NCBI RefSeq assembly: GCF_000012925.1
Contig: NC_007517.1
Location: 2,250,001 to 2,282,000, forward strand
Length of the DNA: 32,000 bases
Direction: 5' to 3'
Source of the DNA: Geobacter metallireducens GS-15
GTDB lineage: Bacteria; Desulfobacterota; Desulfuromonadia; Geobacterales; Geobacteraceae
Shown here: positions 16,711-26,662 of the stretch, piece by piece
Position numbering within the stretch: the stretch's first letter is position 1
Layout of the letters: each line of letters begins with the position of its first letter
Notes under the pieces: model-generated
What the model saw: the letters and a program-made list of their open reading frames with translations, nothing else
Told to the model about the DNA's origin: nothing
Database searches by the model: none
Position numbers and translations under genes: made by a program

Positions 16711-17868
16711 TCAGTTGGTCATCCAGTTCCAGAAGCCCTTTTTGGGAGGATCGGGAAGCTGTTTGCCGCCTTTATCAACCATCTTGATGAGTTTGAAGAG
16801 CTCTTCCATGTCGAGGCGCATCTCGCTGATGTTTGCATCGGTGCTGTCTATCCGCGACTGAAGGGCCAGCACGGTACCGTTGAGAATCTTCTCGAGCATC
16901 ATGATCTGCTCCGAAAGGTTCGCAAGTTCCGAAGAAGCAACGCCGCCATCACCGACGGTGGCCTCCAGCCGAGTTACTTTTGCGGACATCTCTTCGAGGG
17001 CTTTGCCGTTGGCGGCGGTCATCCGGGGTTTCTCGTCGACGCTCTCATCGCCCCAGAACTTGCTCTCCGATTCGATCTCGCCGATGACCTCCTTCACGAG
17101 ATCGGTGCAGATGACCTTCTTCTCTTCGACAAAGGCCGACAGGAGCAGGAAATCGCAGATGATGTTGATGAGCCGCGGCACTCCCCGGCTGAAGAGATAG
17201 ATGAGATCAATGGCACCCTCGCCGAATTCCACTGCCGTCCGGTTGCCCGCCTTTTCCAGGCGGTGGAAGATGTATTCCTCCACCTCCGCCTTGGAGAGAT
17301 GATCGATGTGGCAGCTGATGCAGATGCGCTGACGCAGCTGCCGGAGCCTGTCGTTTGCAAGGGTGCGCCGCAGTTCGGGCTGTCCCACGAGGATGATCTG
17401 GACCAGCTTGGACTTGTCGGTCTCCAGGTTCGAAAGAAGGCGCACTTCTTCGAGAAGGTCGATATCGAGATTCTGGGCCTCGTCGATGAGGATCACCGGC
17501 TGGCGGCCCGCCACGAATTCATCCACCAGGAATTCGTTGAGCTGGCGCAGGAGGGCGATCTTGTCCTTGCCGGCCACGTCGAGGCCGAAATCGTCGTTGA
17601 TCATGGCCAGGAGCTGTTCCGACGTGACCTTGGTGTTGAAGATCTTCGAAAGGGTCACCTGCTCGTCGAGGCTCTTGAGGATGTTGCGAATGATCGTGGT
17701 CTTCCCCGAGCCGATCTCGCCGGTGATCAGCAGAAAGCCGTTGCGCTCCCTGATGCCGTACTCAAGGTACGTAATGGCCTTCTTGTGGACCCGGCTGAGA
17801 TAGAGGAACTCGGGATCGGGAACCAGCTCAAAGGGCTTTGTGGTGAAACCGAAAAATTCTTCGTACAT
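16711..17868 (-). CDS. ExeA/GspA-like AAA ATPase (PEP-CTERM-locus secretion ATPase type)
   Basis: Walker A is GEIGSGKTT and Walker B is ILIDEAQNL. The N-terminus MYEEFFGFTTKPF is typical of ExeA-like proteins. The ATG at 17868 lies 11 nt after the upstream stop and is preferred over the track start at 17961, which would overlap by 80 nt. Confidence 0.85.
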   Translation of the reverse strand: MYEEFFGFTTKPFELVPDPEFLYLSRVHKKAITYLEYGIRERNGFLLITGEIGSGKTTIIRNILKSLDEQVTLSKIFNTKVTSEQLLAMINDDFGLDVAGKDKIALLRQLNEFLVDEFVAGRQPVILIDEAQNLDIDLLEEVRLLSNLETDKSKLVQIILVGQPELRRTLANDRLRQLRQRICISCHIDHLSKAEVEEYIFHRLEKAGNRTAVEFGEGAIDLIYLFSRGVPRLINIICDFLLLSAFVEEKKVICTDLVKEVIGEIESESKFWGDESVDEKPRMTAANGKALEEMSAKVTRLEATVGDGGVASSELANLSEQIMMLEKILNGTVLALQSRIDSTDANISEMRLDMEELFKLIKMVDKGGKQLPDPPKKGFWNWMTN

Positions 17869-17879
17869 GGTGAGCGCTT

Positions 17880-19316
17880 TCAGTAGGTTAGTTTGGCCTG
17901 CAACCAGACGATGTTGTTGAAGTAATCGTGCGCCTCCACGTTGGAGTCGTTGAAGTTCCACGTGTAGCCAAGGCCCATCGTCATGATTCTGAAGGTATAG
18001 TCAAGGCCCGCCTGGGCACTGTAGCGGTTGGTCTTCTCGGTGATGGGTGTCACGTTGTCGGGGGAAAACTTGTAGTGCGTGTAGTTGCCGAGGAGGTTTG
18101 CCGCCAGATTCGCTCCCAGGGGAATCCGGGCGGTCATGGTCGCTCCGGTGGAGGTATCCTCGCGATTTACAGTCTCATAGCTGCTCTTTGTGTGGAAACC
18201 ACCCAGGGTGGTCTCGATTGTATGGTTATATTTTATCGAACCACCGTACGTATCCCTCTTATACGCACCTTGATTCACCGAATCGGTAAAATCACGGGAA
18301 TAGTGCGCCTCCAGGGAAAGGCGGTCGGAGAGGAGGTAGTTCGCCTGGGCGTTCCAGATGAGGGAATCGGTGTCAGGAAGGCGGTATTCTTGAGACACCG
18401 GCGGGCCCTCGGCAACCGTGGTGGCACCAATGAAATACTGAGTACGCCCCGTCAGTGTTCCCGACTTGTATCGATAGTAAACCTTGCCGACAGAGCCATT
18501 CAAGGTCAGTTTCGGTGTGATCTGGAGCATTGCTCCAATCGTCCCGGTATGTGTATCATAGCCGTTCCAGCCGGTTTCTTGTAAAGACTCACCCGAGGGT
18601 ATCGAACTTGTTATTATGTATGTATCACCAACTCTTATAGCACCTGTCACAGTGCGGAATTGCGTAATAGAAATATTAATATTCTCCTTCGGCAGATGGG
18701 TGCGGAAGTCATATTCCCCATAAATCGACAATCTCTCTCCGAAGGACTTGGTGAGCCTCCCCGTAACGGTGTGGTCTTGGGCGCTCTGACCTTGCGGGTC
18801 ATCGTACCAGGTATTCTTGTAGGTATACCCCGCAGTGAGACTGATACTGCTGGTTATGGGGTAGACAAGGTACGGATTCGCGATGAAGATGTTGGAGTCG
18901 GTAGTGTTGACGAAATCATTGCCCACCCCCACCTGCCGGCGGTCGTCGATGGGTACCCGGGCGTACACGTCGCTCATCTTGAGGAACAGGATGTCCCGTA
19001 TGGGGTTGAAGGTCGAATCGAGGCGTATCCGCTGGGTCCTGGCCAGGGATGTATCGTCCTTTTCCGAGTGCTTCGCGAAGAGCTTGAAGTAAAGCCCGTA
19101 ATCCAGGTTCAGCTTCAAGAGATTGGTATCGATCAGCGCATTGAGCGACGGTACGATAGTCGTGATGAAGTCGTCGCGACGGTTTTCGTTCGTCAGATCA
19201 ATGTTGTCGTTGTACTCCTCGCGGATAATCAGGCTCGGCGTCAACTTGAACTCCGCGTGGGCAGTGGCTGCCACGCAACATGACATAAGCATTCCACCCA
19301 TGACCACTTTTCTCAT
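17880..19316 (-). CDS. Outer-membrane beta-barrel protein (PEP-CTERM-locus associated)
   Basis: The signal peptide is MRKVVMGGMLMSCCVAATAHA/EF. The body shows an alternating aromatic/polar strand pattern rich in Y, T, N and G. The C-terminus is ...WLQAKLTY, ending in an aromatic residue. The start overlaps the kinase stop as ATGA. Confidence 0.75.
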   Translation of the reverse strand: MRKVVMGGMLMSCCVAATAHAEFKLTPSLIIREEYNDNIDLTNENRRDDFITTIVPSLNALIDTNLLKLNLDYGLYFKLFAKHSEKDDTSLARTQRIRLDSTFNPIRDILFLKMSDVYARVPIDDRRQVGVGNDFVNTTDSNIFIANPYLVYPITSSISLTAGYTYKNTWYDDPQGQSAQDHTVTGRLTKSFGERLSIYGEYDFRTHLPKENINISITQFRTVTGAIRVGDTYIITSSIPSGESLQETGWNGYDTHTGTIGAMLQITPKLTLNGSVGKVYYRYKSGTLTGRTQYFIGATTVAEGPPVSQEYRLPDTDSLIWNAQANYLLSDRLSLEAHYSRDFTDSVNQGAYKRDTYGGSIKYNHTIETTLGGFHTKSSYETVNREDTSTGATMTARIPLGANLAANLLGNYTHYKFSPDNVTPITEKTNRYSAQAGLDYTFRIMTMGLGYTWNFNDSNVEAHDYFNNIVWLQAKLTY

Positions 19317-20164
19317 TGGGCACCATTATCCTTGTAGTATGCGTAGTAATTGCGGTACCGGTAGTTCTCGTCGAACCGGTTGATGCCGACGTTGTTATAG
19401 ACAACGCCGTAGACCTTTTCCTTCTTGAGATGACCGAGGGCGTCCTTGACGTTGCTCATGGTGGCGCCCCCCTCTTTCACCACGAACACGACCCCGTCGA
19501 CCATATTGGCCAGGGAGTAGGTTTCCGCAAAGGAAAGGAGCGGCGGCGTGTCGATGATGATATATCGGTCGGGGTAGCGGTTCTTTATTTCGGCAATGAA
19601 GCTTTGCATCCGACCGGAAGAGAGAAGTTCCACCGGGTTCTCCACCCTGCTGCCGGCGGGGAGTACCACGAGCTTCCCTATTCCCGTTTTAACCAGGGCG
19701 TCTTTTACATCGACCTTGCCGTACAGACAGTCGCTCAGGCCCACTTCGGCCCTGATGCCGAGATAGCTGCTGGTGCCGGGACGGCGCAGGTCGGCATCGA
19801 CCAGAAGCACCGTGTGGTCGAACTCCTGGGCCAGGGCCACCGCCAGGTTGATGGAGGTGATGGTCTTCCCTTCGCCGCTTACGGCGCTGGTGACCATGAT
19901 GGTGTTCTTGAACTGACCCGAATTTGTCAGTTTGAGGATGATCGACTTGAGTTTGCGATACTCTTCCGTGACCGGCGAACGGGGTTCGCTGATCGTAACC
20001 AGATAGGGGTTGTCCACTGCAATCCTGGTGTCGGGCTGAAACACCTCAGGCTCGATAACCGCCCTGGGCACTTCCCGCTGTTCCACCAAAACCCTGCTCT
20101 CCCCCGGGGTCTTGTCCTGCCGCATTTTCGCAGCTTTTTCAAGGATGCTCTCTATCCTGCTCAT
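19313..20164 (-). CDS. epsG: Exopolysaccharide tyrosine autokinase (BY-kinase catalytic subunit)
   Basis: Walker A is SAVSGEGKT, Walker A' is VLLVDADLRRP, and Walker B is the IIIDTPP type. The C-terminal Tyr cluster is YRYRNYYAYYKD. Confidence 0.9.
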   Translation of the reverse strand: MSRIESILEKAAKMRQDKTPGESRVLVEQREVPRAVIEPEVFQPDTRIAVDNPYLVTISEPRSPVTEEYRKLKSIILKLTNSGQFKNTIMVTSAVSGEGKTITSINLAVALAQEFDHTVLLVDADLRRPGTSSYLGIRAEVGLSDCLYGKVDVKDALVKTGIGKLVVLPAGSRVENPVELLSSGRMQSFIAEIKNRYPDRYIIIDTPPLLSFAETYSLANMVDGVVFVVKEGGATMSNVKDALGHLKKEKVYGVVYNNVGINRFDENYRYRNYYAYYKDNGAQ

Positions 20165-20199
20165 AGGTACTATGTTCCTTTCTCTGCGTCGTTGCGGTA

Positions 20200-21756
20200 T
20201 CAGCTCATGATGAACTGATCAAGCCCCAGTTTGGTGAGGACCTTCTCGATCAGAGTCAATCCCAGCAATTCATGGGTAAGCATCAAGCAGATGAGAGCGA
20301 AGTAACAGCCCGCGACCAGATATATCTTTCGATCTTTCTTCGCTACCTTGCTTGCTTCTTCCTGGTTGAAAATGGTCGGGATTACTGCGAGCACCTCAAA
20401 ACCAAGCTTCTTGAGAGAGGTGACATCCTTGACGGAGGAGTCGAACATCTCCATGACAAAGACTGAGGCGGCGCCGGCAACGAATCCCATGATGATGCCC
20501 ATAATGATCATCTTGACCCGGTCGGGGCTGACCGGTTTCATCGGCACGATGGCCGGGTCCACAACCCTGAACGTCGTGGCCTTGTCCTCTACCTCCATCT
20601 CCTTCGTGAGTTGAGCCTGTCCCTGCCGGGTGAGAAGCTGCTCGTACAACTGCCGATTGGCGTCGCGCTCCTTGATGAGGTCAGTCAGTGTCTTCTGGTC
20701 AGCCGGAACGTTTCGAAGTTCATGTTCCTTGCCGCCTATGGTTGCATGGAGCTGGCGCTGTTTGGCGTTGACCGCCTCAAGTTCTGCCTCAACCTGGTAC
20801 AACTGCTGCTCGAGATTCTGGTACACGGGGTTGGCCGTGCTGAATTCCTCTTTCGCCCCTGTATCAGCCTGATGGCCCGGCTCCTGCTTTTTCTTGAGCG
20901 ATGCGATGATACTCTTGATGCGAATTACCTCGGGATAGTTGTCGGTGTAATTGGCAGAGAGCTGTTTGAGCCTGCGCTCGAGCATCTCAACCTCGCTCGA
21001 GTTCTCCCGGGACGAGAGAGCGACGGTGGTGGGCTTGATGCTCTTGAGCTGGCGCCTGAGAGCATCCCGTGTTGCGGTCAACTCATTCCGTTTGATCCGC
21101 ATTGAGTCGAGTTCTCCCTGATATTGGCGAATGTCATTAACGAGAAGCGCCTCGTCAATCCCCACCGACACGCCCCGTTTCTGACGAAAAGCAACGATCT
21201 TGTTCTCGGACTCGTCAAGCTTGTCCTTGAAGGTTTTTAGCTGCTCGGAGATGAACCGATCAGCGCCAAAGGAATCCTGCCGCTTGCTGGAGACGTTTTC
21301 CTCCACATACTTTCTGACAAGCGTGTTGACGTAGTCAGTAGCGAGCTTCGGATCCTTGTCCCGGATGCTGACGATAAAAAGGTCATTACCCTTGATGCTT
21401 ATTTGCGTCCTTTTCTGGAAGTCTTCAACAAGACCTTCCATCTCTTTATCGTTCTTTACCTTCGTATCAGCATCAAGTGATTTCAGAACATTGGTCACGA
21501 AAGTGCGGCTGAGCATGGCATACCGCAGGATGCGAACCTTGTCCTCGACAGAAGGGGTAAAGGTGATCCCCTTCACCAGATCCTTGATGACGCTCTTTTC
21601 GATGAATACCGTGCTCGATGCCTCATATTTCTTGGGGAGGAAAAAGCTTCCCCAGGCAATAACAGACATCACCACAAGAGATACCACAATAAAGAGATAC
21701 CTCCTCTTCATGAGCATTTTCAGGTATTTATTCAACTCTTCCGTCTTTGATACCAT
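20200..21756 (-). CDS. epsF: Polysaccharide chain-length determinant (Wzz/GumC-like, PEP-CTERM-locus subfamily)
   Basis: 518 aa. An N-terminal TM segment (YLFIVVSLVVMSVIAWGSFF) is followed by the Wzz start PKKYEASSTVFIE. A long coiled-coil middle region leads to C-terminal TM segments. A GGAG RBS is present. Confidence 0.85.
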   Translation of the reverse strand: MVSKTEELNKYLKMLMKRRYLFIVVSLVVMSVIAWGSFFLPKKYEASSTVFIEKSVIKDLVKGITFTPSVEDKVRILRYAMLSRTFVTNVLKSLDADTKVKNDKEMEGLVEDFQKRTQISIKGNDLFIVSIRDKDPKLATDYVNTLVRKYVEENVSSKRQDSFGADRFISEQLKTFKDKLDESENKIVAFRQKRGVSVGIDEALLVNDIRQYQGELDSMRIKRNELTATRDALRRQLKSIKPTTVALSSRENSSEVEMLERRLKQLSANYTDNYPEVIRIKSIIASLKKKQEPGHQADTGAKEEFSTANPVYQNLEQQLYQVEAELEAVNAKQRQLHATIGGKEHELRNVPADQKTLTDLIKERDANRQLYEQLLTRQGQAQLTKEMEVEDKATTFRVVDPAIVPMKPVSPDRVKMIIMGIIMGFVAGAASVFVMEMFDSSVKDVTSLKKLGFEVLAVIPTIFNQEEASKVAKKDRKIYLVAGCYFALICLMLTHELLGLTLIEKVLTKLGLDQFIMS

Positions 21757-21771
21757 TAGTTGATCTCCAGG

Positions 21772-22620
21772 CTAAAAAATACTTTCCTTGACTATGACAA
21801 AATCGCCGGGCTTGAGGTGAACGTTCTGGGTCATGTCTCCCTCCTTCATGAGATCCTTGACCTTGGCGCTGATCTCCGTTGTGCTGGTTCCTTCCTTACG
21901 GACGATCAGAACATCATTCTCCTTGGCGAACTTGGTGAACCCGCCAGTCTCGATTATTGCATCGAGAATCCGGAGACCGTCACGGTAGAAGACATACTTC
22001 GGATTGGCCACGGCTCCCATCACGTAAATCTTGTAGGCTTCATTGTCGGGGATATAGATCATATCCTCAGGCTTGAGGGGAACGTCCTTGGCGACATCTC
22101 CCTTGACCAGCAGGGAATGGAAATCCACATCCATCTTCTTGCCGTTGCGAAGCAGATAGGCGTTCCCCAGATCGATCCCCTTGAAATTGCCATAGCGGAT
22201 CAGGAACTGAAGGAGCGTTGTACGGGAGGGGAGAACCGCCACTCCGGAAGGAACCCCGCCGCCGAACACATAGATCTTGTTGTTGGTGACAGTATTGACC
22301 GTTACCGTAACAATGGGCTTATTGACCACCTTGGCGAGCTTCTCTGCAAGGTCTTCGCTGAGCTTTGTGGGGGTAAATCCGGAAGCGATCACGTCGCCGA
22401 TGGCCGGCAGCGTAATCTTGCCGTCGGGCCGCACCGTAACCGTGCCGCTGAGTTCCTTCTCCCCCCAGACGGAGATCATAAGGGAATCCCCATCTCCTAC
22501 AACGTAATCCCCGTCGGAGCCTTCGGACGCCATAGCACTCGTGCCTGAAAGCATCGTCACGACAAGGACAACGGCAATAAATCCACAGCTAAACTTCAGC
22601 ATCCTTTGCAACCTTTCCAT
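21772..22620 (-). CDS. epsE: Polysaccharide export protein (Wza-like, Poly_export + SLBB domains)
   Basis: A signal peptide ends ...SGTSAMA. The Poly_export core is DYVVGDGDSLMISVWGEKELSGTVTVRPDGKITLPAIGDV, followed by SLBB-like repeats. A G-rich RBS is present. Confidence 0.9.
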   Translation of the reverse strand: MERLQRMLKFSCGFIAVVLVVTMLSGTSAMASEGSDGDYVVGDGDSLMISVWGEKELSGTVTVRPDGKITLPAIGDVIASGFTPTKLSEDLAEKLAKVVNKPIVTVTVNTVTNNKIYVFGGGVPSGVAVLPSRTTLLQFLIRYGNFKGIDLGNAYLLRNGKKMDVDFHSLLVKGDVAKDVPLKPEDMIYIPDNEAYKIYVMGAVANPKYVFYRDGLRILDAIIETGGFTKFAKENDVLIVRKEGTSTTEISAKVKDLMKEGDMTQNVHLKPGDFVIVKESIF

Positions 22621-22629
22621 TTCCCCCCC

Positions 22630-23994
22630 TTATCTGCTTCCTCTTCCGAAAAGGACCACTTTGATAGTCTCTAGAACGATTATGATATCGAGAAGCATCG
22701 ACATGTTTTTGATGTAGTAAAGATCGTAGCGGAGCTTTTCAATGGCGTCGTCCACCGAGGCCCCATAGGGATACTTGACTTGGGCCCAGCCAGTGACTCC
22801 CGGCTTGACGAAGTGACGTTCGGAATAATAGGGAATGACTTCTTTCAGTTTTTCAACGAATTCGGGACGCTCGGGCCGCGGCCCTACGAGGCTCATGTCG
22901 CCCCTGAGGACGTTGTAGAGCTGGGGCAATTCATCGAGCCGCGAGGTGCGCAGGAATTTGCCGAACCGGGTGACGCGAGGGTCGTCTTTCTGTGCCCAGA
23001 CCGCGCCGGATGACTTCTCGGCATCGGCACGCATGGATCTGAACTTGTAAAGGACAAAGGGACGGTCACCCTGCCCGACACGCACCTGTCGGAACAGAAT
23101 TTGACCGGGAGAAGTGATCCTGATCCCAAGGGCTATGAATGGGAGGATCGGGAGGACAAGGATGATCCCCACAAGCGAAAGAACCAGGTCAGTGCTTCTT
23201 TTCATGATCCTGCCGAAGCCTGTCCTGCGGAACCCGTTGGAAAATATAAACCAGCTTGGCGTGATGTTCTCGATCATCAGCTTGCCGGTGATCTGTTCGT
23301 AGAACGACGGGGCGTCAACGACTTCAATCCCGCTGAACTTACAGCTGAGCACTTCGCTGAGGGGAAACGAACCTCGCCGCTCGGAGAGGCTCACGACGAT
23401 CTTGTCGGTTCGCTCCCTGATGGCCGCGGAAACAAGGCCGTCACCATTACCGACGATGTGTTGCGAAGGAACATAGACAGGTTCGTTCGGGCAACTGAAA
23501 TAACCTGCCAAGACATGATTGTGGTTGGTGGCCGATACAAGGCCGCCGATCTCCCGAGCCAGGGGCCCCGTGCCGAGCACCAGGACACGGCGTGCAAGAC
23601 CGGGATGGTAAAGAGAAACCCGGCAGAACAAATGCCACAGGATCTGCAAAGAACCCCAGATTACCAGGGCCATGGCAAGGAGCCCCCTGCCGATGGTCAA
23701 GTCAGGCGCAAGATAGAAGATGGCTGAGAGAATCAGAAAGGAGACACTGAGGGAAATCGCTGAGTGGGCGATGCGCTCCCTCAGTTTCATATCCTTGTCG
23801 ACATTATAGAATTCAACCATGAACGAGGAGAAGATGACGGCAAGCACCAAAAGCACGAGTTGGACAGCTCCCGCGAGACTCAGGAAACTTTCCATGCCCG
23901 GTATGGTGCCGAACCTGACCAGGTAGGCGATTCCCAATGCCAGGACCGTACAGACAATATCGCCGGTTATGAGCAGGATGACCATCTTCTTCAT
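22630..23994 (-). CDS. Priming polyprenyl-phosphate sugar-phosphate transferase (WbaP/EpsB-like)
   Basis: 454 aa with N-terminal TM segments. The C-terminal bacterial sugar-transferase domain reads ...RITSPGQILFRQVRVGQGDRPFVLYKFRSM...DELPQLYNVLRGDMSLVGPRP...KPGVTGWAQV. Confidence 0.9.
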   Translation of the reverse strand: MKKMVILLITGDIVCTVLALGIAYLVRFGTIPGMESFLSLAGAVQLVLLVLAVIFSSFMVEFYNVDKDMKLRERIAHSAISLSVSFLILSAIFYLAPDLTIGRGLLAMALVIWGSLQILWHLFCRVSLYHPGLARRVLVLGTGPLAREIGGLVSATNHNHVLAGYFSCPNEPVYVPSQHIVGNGDGLVSAAIRERTDKIVVSLSERRGSFPLSEVLSCKFSGIEVVDAPSFYEQITGKLMIENITPSWFIFSNGFRRTGFGRIMKRSTDLVLSLVGIILVLPILPFIALGIRITSPGQILFRQVRVGQGDRPFVLYKFRSMRADAEKSSGAVWAQKDDPRVTRFGKFLRTSRLDELPQLYNVLRGDMSLVGPRPERPEFVEKLKEVIPYYSERHFVKPGVTGWAQVKYPYGASVDDAIEKLRYDLYYIKNMSMLLDIIIVLETIKVVLFGRGSR

Positions 23995-24010
23995 AGCTTC
24001 TTGTCCTCTT

Positions 24011-26662
24011 CTAGCGCTTCAGTTCGGCAAGAAGTTTCCTTGCCGCGGCACTTTCGGGGAATTCCCCATATTGAAGAGATTTCTGGACACTGACGCTGGC
24101 CTTTGCCCTGTCACCCATGTCACGATAAGCCATGGCAAGGTGATAGTGCACGGCGGGGTTGTTCGGAAGGAGAGAGACTGCCTTTTCGAGCACTCTGACC
24201 GATGCGGTCCTCTTGCCGTTAATCAGCAGCGCATAGCCGTAGGTATCCATGACCCCGGCGTTATTGGGTTGGAGCTTGTTTGCCCGACTGGCCAGGGACA
24301 ACGCCTCTGACTTGTTTCCATATCCTTCGGCAGCAAGATATGCCAGGTTATTAAGTGCGGGTACAAAATCAGGCGCTATTTTAAGTACGGCCCGATAGAT
24401 ACCGGCAGCTTCTTTTTTCTTGCCCGATTGATCGAAAGCCGCTCCTTTGGCAAACAGGGCAGGAATATTCTTGGGATTCTTCCTGAGGATATCGTCATAG
24501 GCGGCAATAGCTCTGGCAAAATCCCGTTTCTTCTCGTAGATCCCGCCTAAGGCCATGGACGCCCGGAGATTGCCGGGCTCAACTGCTATGCCGCTTCTGA
24601 CAGCCGAAATGGCACGGTCATAGTCTTTCTGGCTCTCGTAGATCGACGCAATAACAAGATGCCCGGCCGCAGACTTGGGGTTGGCTGCGACAACCTTCTG
24701 TGCCTGCTCCACGGCCTTGGGAATGTTTTTGGTTACCACCAAGGCTCCGATTTTCAGCGGAATCGCACGGGTCGGGGCGACCTTTTCCAGCTCATCATAG
24801 ACTTTGAGGGCCTCCGCGTACTTTTTATCGGCTGCGAGAAGTCCACCCTTCAACTCCAGTAGCGCAGCATTGTTCGGAGCCCCCTTCAACCCCTCGTTTG
24901 CTAAAGCAAGGGCTTTGGGCGCCTCCTTTTTCCTGATGTAGTAGGATGCAAGAGAGAGATAGCCGACGGGGTCCTTCGTTGCCTTGGCCTTGGTATAGTA
25001 GGCGACTGCCTCCTGCGCCTTCCCCTCCGATTCGCTGATGGCACCGAGGCCGATCAACGCCTTGAGGTTGGCCGGATCACGCTTCAGGATCTCGTTGAAC
25101 AAGCCGGCTGCGCGCCCATTGTCCTTTTTGCTGATGTAATAGGATGCCAGGTTGAAGGAAGCCGGGAGATATGCCTGATCGACTTCCCGCGCCTTTTGAA
25201 GATACAAAATGCCATCCTTCTCCCGCTTGTCGGCGAAGGCGGCAGCGGCCATTGTATTGTAGAGAGGAGCATCCTGCTTGCCTCCCCTCAGCCCCGCCCT
25301 GAGCACCTCGATGGCACGGGCCTGTTTGTTCAGGCGCATGTAGTAGCTTGCCAGCAGATACCGGCTATTGAGAACATCGGGAGCGACCTTCACTGCCGTT
25401 TCAAGCTCTTCCTCGCCTTCCGCCCTCTTTCCGCGCGCCAGGTTAACGATCCCCTTCTTCATGTGGGCACCGACCAGCTTCGGCTCAAGCTCGATCGCGC
25501 GGTTGAGCTCCCTGACTGCCTCGTCAGTCATCCCCTTGGCAATGTAGGCGCTGCCGAGGACGTTATGGGCAAAGGCATTCTTGTCGTCCAGCTCAATGAC
25601 TCGTTTGGCCTCGGTGATGGCATCATCGGTGCGTTTCTGCTGAAGCAGAACCGTCGCGGACATGAGCCGGGCCTGCAGATGCTTCGGGTTGAGGTCAATC
25701 ACTTTGCGGAACTGGCTCAGGGCGCTCTCAAGATCGTTGCGTTGATAGTAACTCAAGCCCAGATAGTAGTAGGCACCGGGATTTTGATAGTTTTTCACGA
25801 CACCTTGAAGTTCGGTGATTGCCTGGTCGTAGTTTTTCCTGGTATAGAGAGCAATCCCCTTAAGTTGGTGTCCTTCCGGCCGTTTGGACGCTTTCCTGAT
25901 CAGGTCATCGGCAAGGCGTTCAGCCTTGTCCACTTCACCCTTGCTGATATGCATCATGCCAATCCTGAAGGCCGCATTGGCATCATCGGGATCCGCCTGC
26001 ATGATCTTTTGGTAGTATTCAAGGGCCTTTTCACTGTTGCCGCGATATCCTTCATAGAAGGCGGCAAGATAGTATGCTTTGGTGTTTTTAGGGTCTTTCC
26101 GAACGATCTCGTTGAGGAGCCCCATCCCTTCCTGCTCCCGCTTCGTCGCCAGATAAACCTTTGCCAATTGCAGCATTGCCGAAGCACGGGCAGGTTCAGC
26201 CTGGAGAGACTCCTTCAAGTATTTCTCGGCCTCATCGAACATCTTCTTTTGGCCGTAGCTCGTGCCAATCACTTCCAGGGCATCCGCCGATCCGGCCCGT
26301 GCGGAGAGATACGCCTTGGCCTCAGCTATTGACTCGTCAGGCTTGTTGATTGAATTGTAGAGTTTTGCCAGATCAAGCCTTATCTCCGGATTGGACGGAT
26401 TTTGCCGGAGTGCTTTCTGGAACTCTTTTTCCGCCTGTTCGAATTTGCCCACTGTCATGTAGGCCTTCGCAAGCTTGTAACGGGCGTCGAAATAATTTTG
26501 ATCTTTTTCAACGGCATTTTTCAGAAGAACAATCGCTCCATTGGCGTTGCCCTTGTCCAGTTCCTTAACTGCCTCGGCGTAGAGCTCTTCCTTCGTTTTC
26601 CCCCCACAAGCGGAAAGAGTCGCCACAATAAGACAAATCAGTGCAATACGTCTGTTAAACAA
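24011..26662 (-). CDS. prsT: PEP-CTERM system TPR-repeat lipoprotein
   Basis: About 880 aa of back-to-back TPR repeats. The lipobox is LSAC in FNRRIALICLIVATLSACGG. I prefer the TTG start at 26662, which has a GGGAGGA RBS 8 nt upstream and gives a canonical lipoprotein signal. The track ATG at 26686 is the alternative. Confidence 0.85.
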   Translation of the reverse strand: MFNRRIALICLIVATLSACGGKTKEELYAEAVKELDKGNANGAIVLLKNAVEKDQNYFDARYKLAKAYMTVGKFEQAEKEFQKALRQNPSNPEIRLDLAKLYNSINKPDESIAEAKAYLSARAGSADALEVIGTSYGQKKMFDEAEKYLKESLQAEPARASAMLQLAKVYLATKREQEGMGLLNEIVRKDPKNTKAYYLAAFYEGYRGNSEKALEYYQKIMQADPDDANAAFRIGMMHISKGEVDKAERLADDLIRKASKRPEGHQLKGIALYTRKNYDQAITELQGVVKNYQNPGAYYYLGLSYYQRNDLESALSQFRKVIDLNPKHLQARLMSATVLLQQKRTDDAITEAKRVIELDDKNAFAHNVLGSAYIAKGMTDEAVRELNRAIELEPKLVGAHMKKGIVNLARGKRAEGEEELETAVKVAPDVLNSRYLLASYYMRLNKQARAIEVLRAGLRGGKQDAPLYNTMAAAAFADKREKDGILYLQKAREVDQAYLPASFNLASYYISKKDNGRAAGLFNEILKRDPANLKALIGLGAISESEGKAQEAVAYYTKAKATKDPVGYLSLASYYIRKKEAPKALALANEGLKGAPNNAALLELKGGLLAADKKYAEALKVYDELEKVAPTRAIPLKIGALVVTKNIPKAVEQAQKVVAANPKSAAGHLVIASIYESQKDYDRAISAVRSGIAVEPGNLRASMALGGIYEKKRDFARAIAAYDDILRKNPKNIPALFAKGAAFDQSGKKKEAAGIYRAVLKIAPDFVPALNNLAYLAAEGYGNKSEALSLASRANKLQPNNAGVMDTYGYALLINGKRTASVRVLEKAVSLLPNNPAVHYHLAMAYRDMGDRAKASVSVQKSLQYGEFPESAAARKLLAELKR

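Noticed and set aside
8945-17886. Very long plus-strand ORFs: 8945..10216 (423 aa), 10213..11676 (487 aa), 11963..13102, 13793..14671, 15245..15868, 15789..16787 and 16651..17886
   Set aside because: Each lies antisense to a minus-strand gene that has clear catalytic motifs. Their products are low-complexity (rich in G, A, V, D, E, P and R) with no recognisable domains. This is the typical shadow-ORF effect of high GC3.
19316-26332. Plus-strand ORFs 19316..20218 (300 aa), 21760..22548 (262 aa), 23101..23727 and 25196..26332 (378 aa)
   Set aside because: They lie antisense to the BY-kinase, exporter, sugar transferase and PrsT genes, all of which carry strong family motifs. They have no motifs or RBS of their own.
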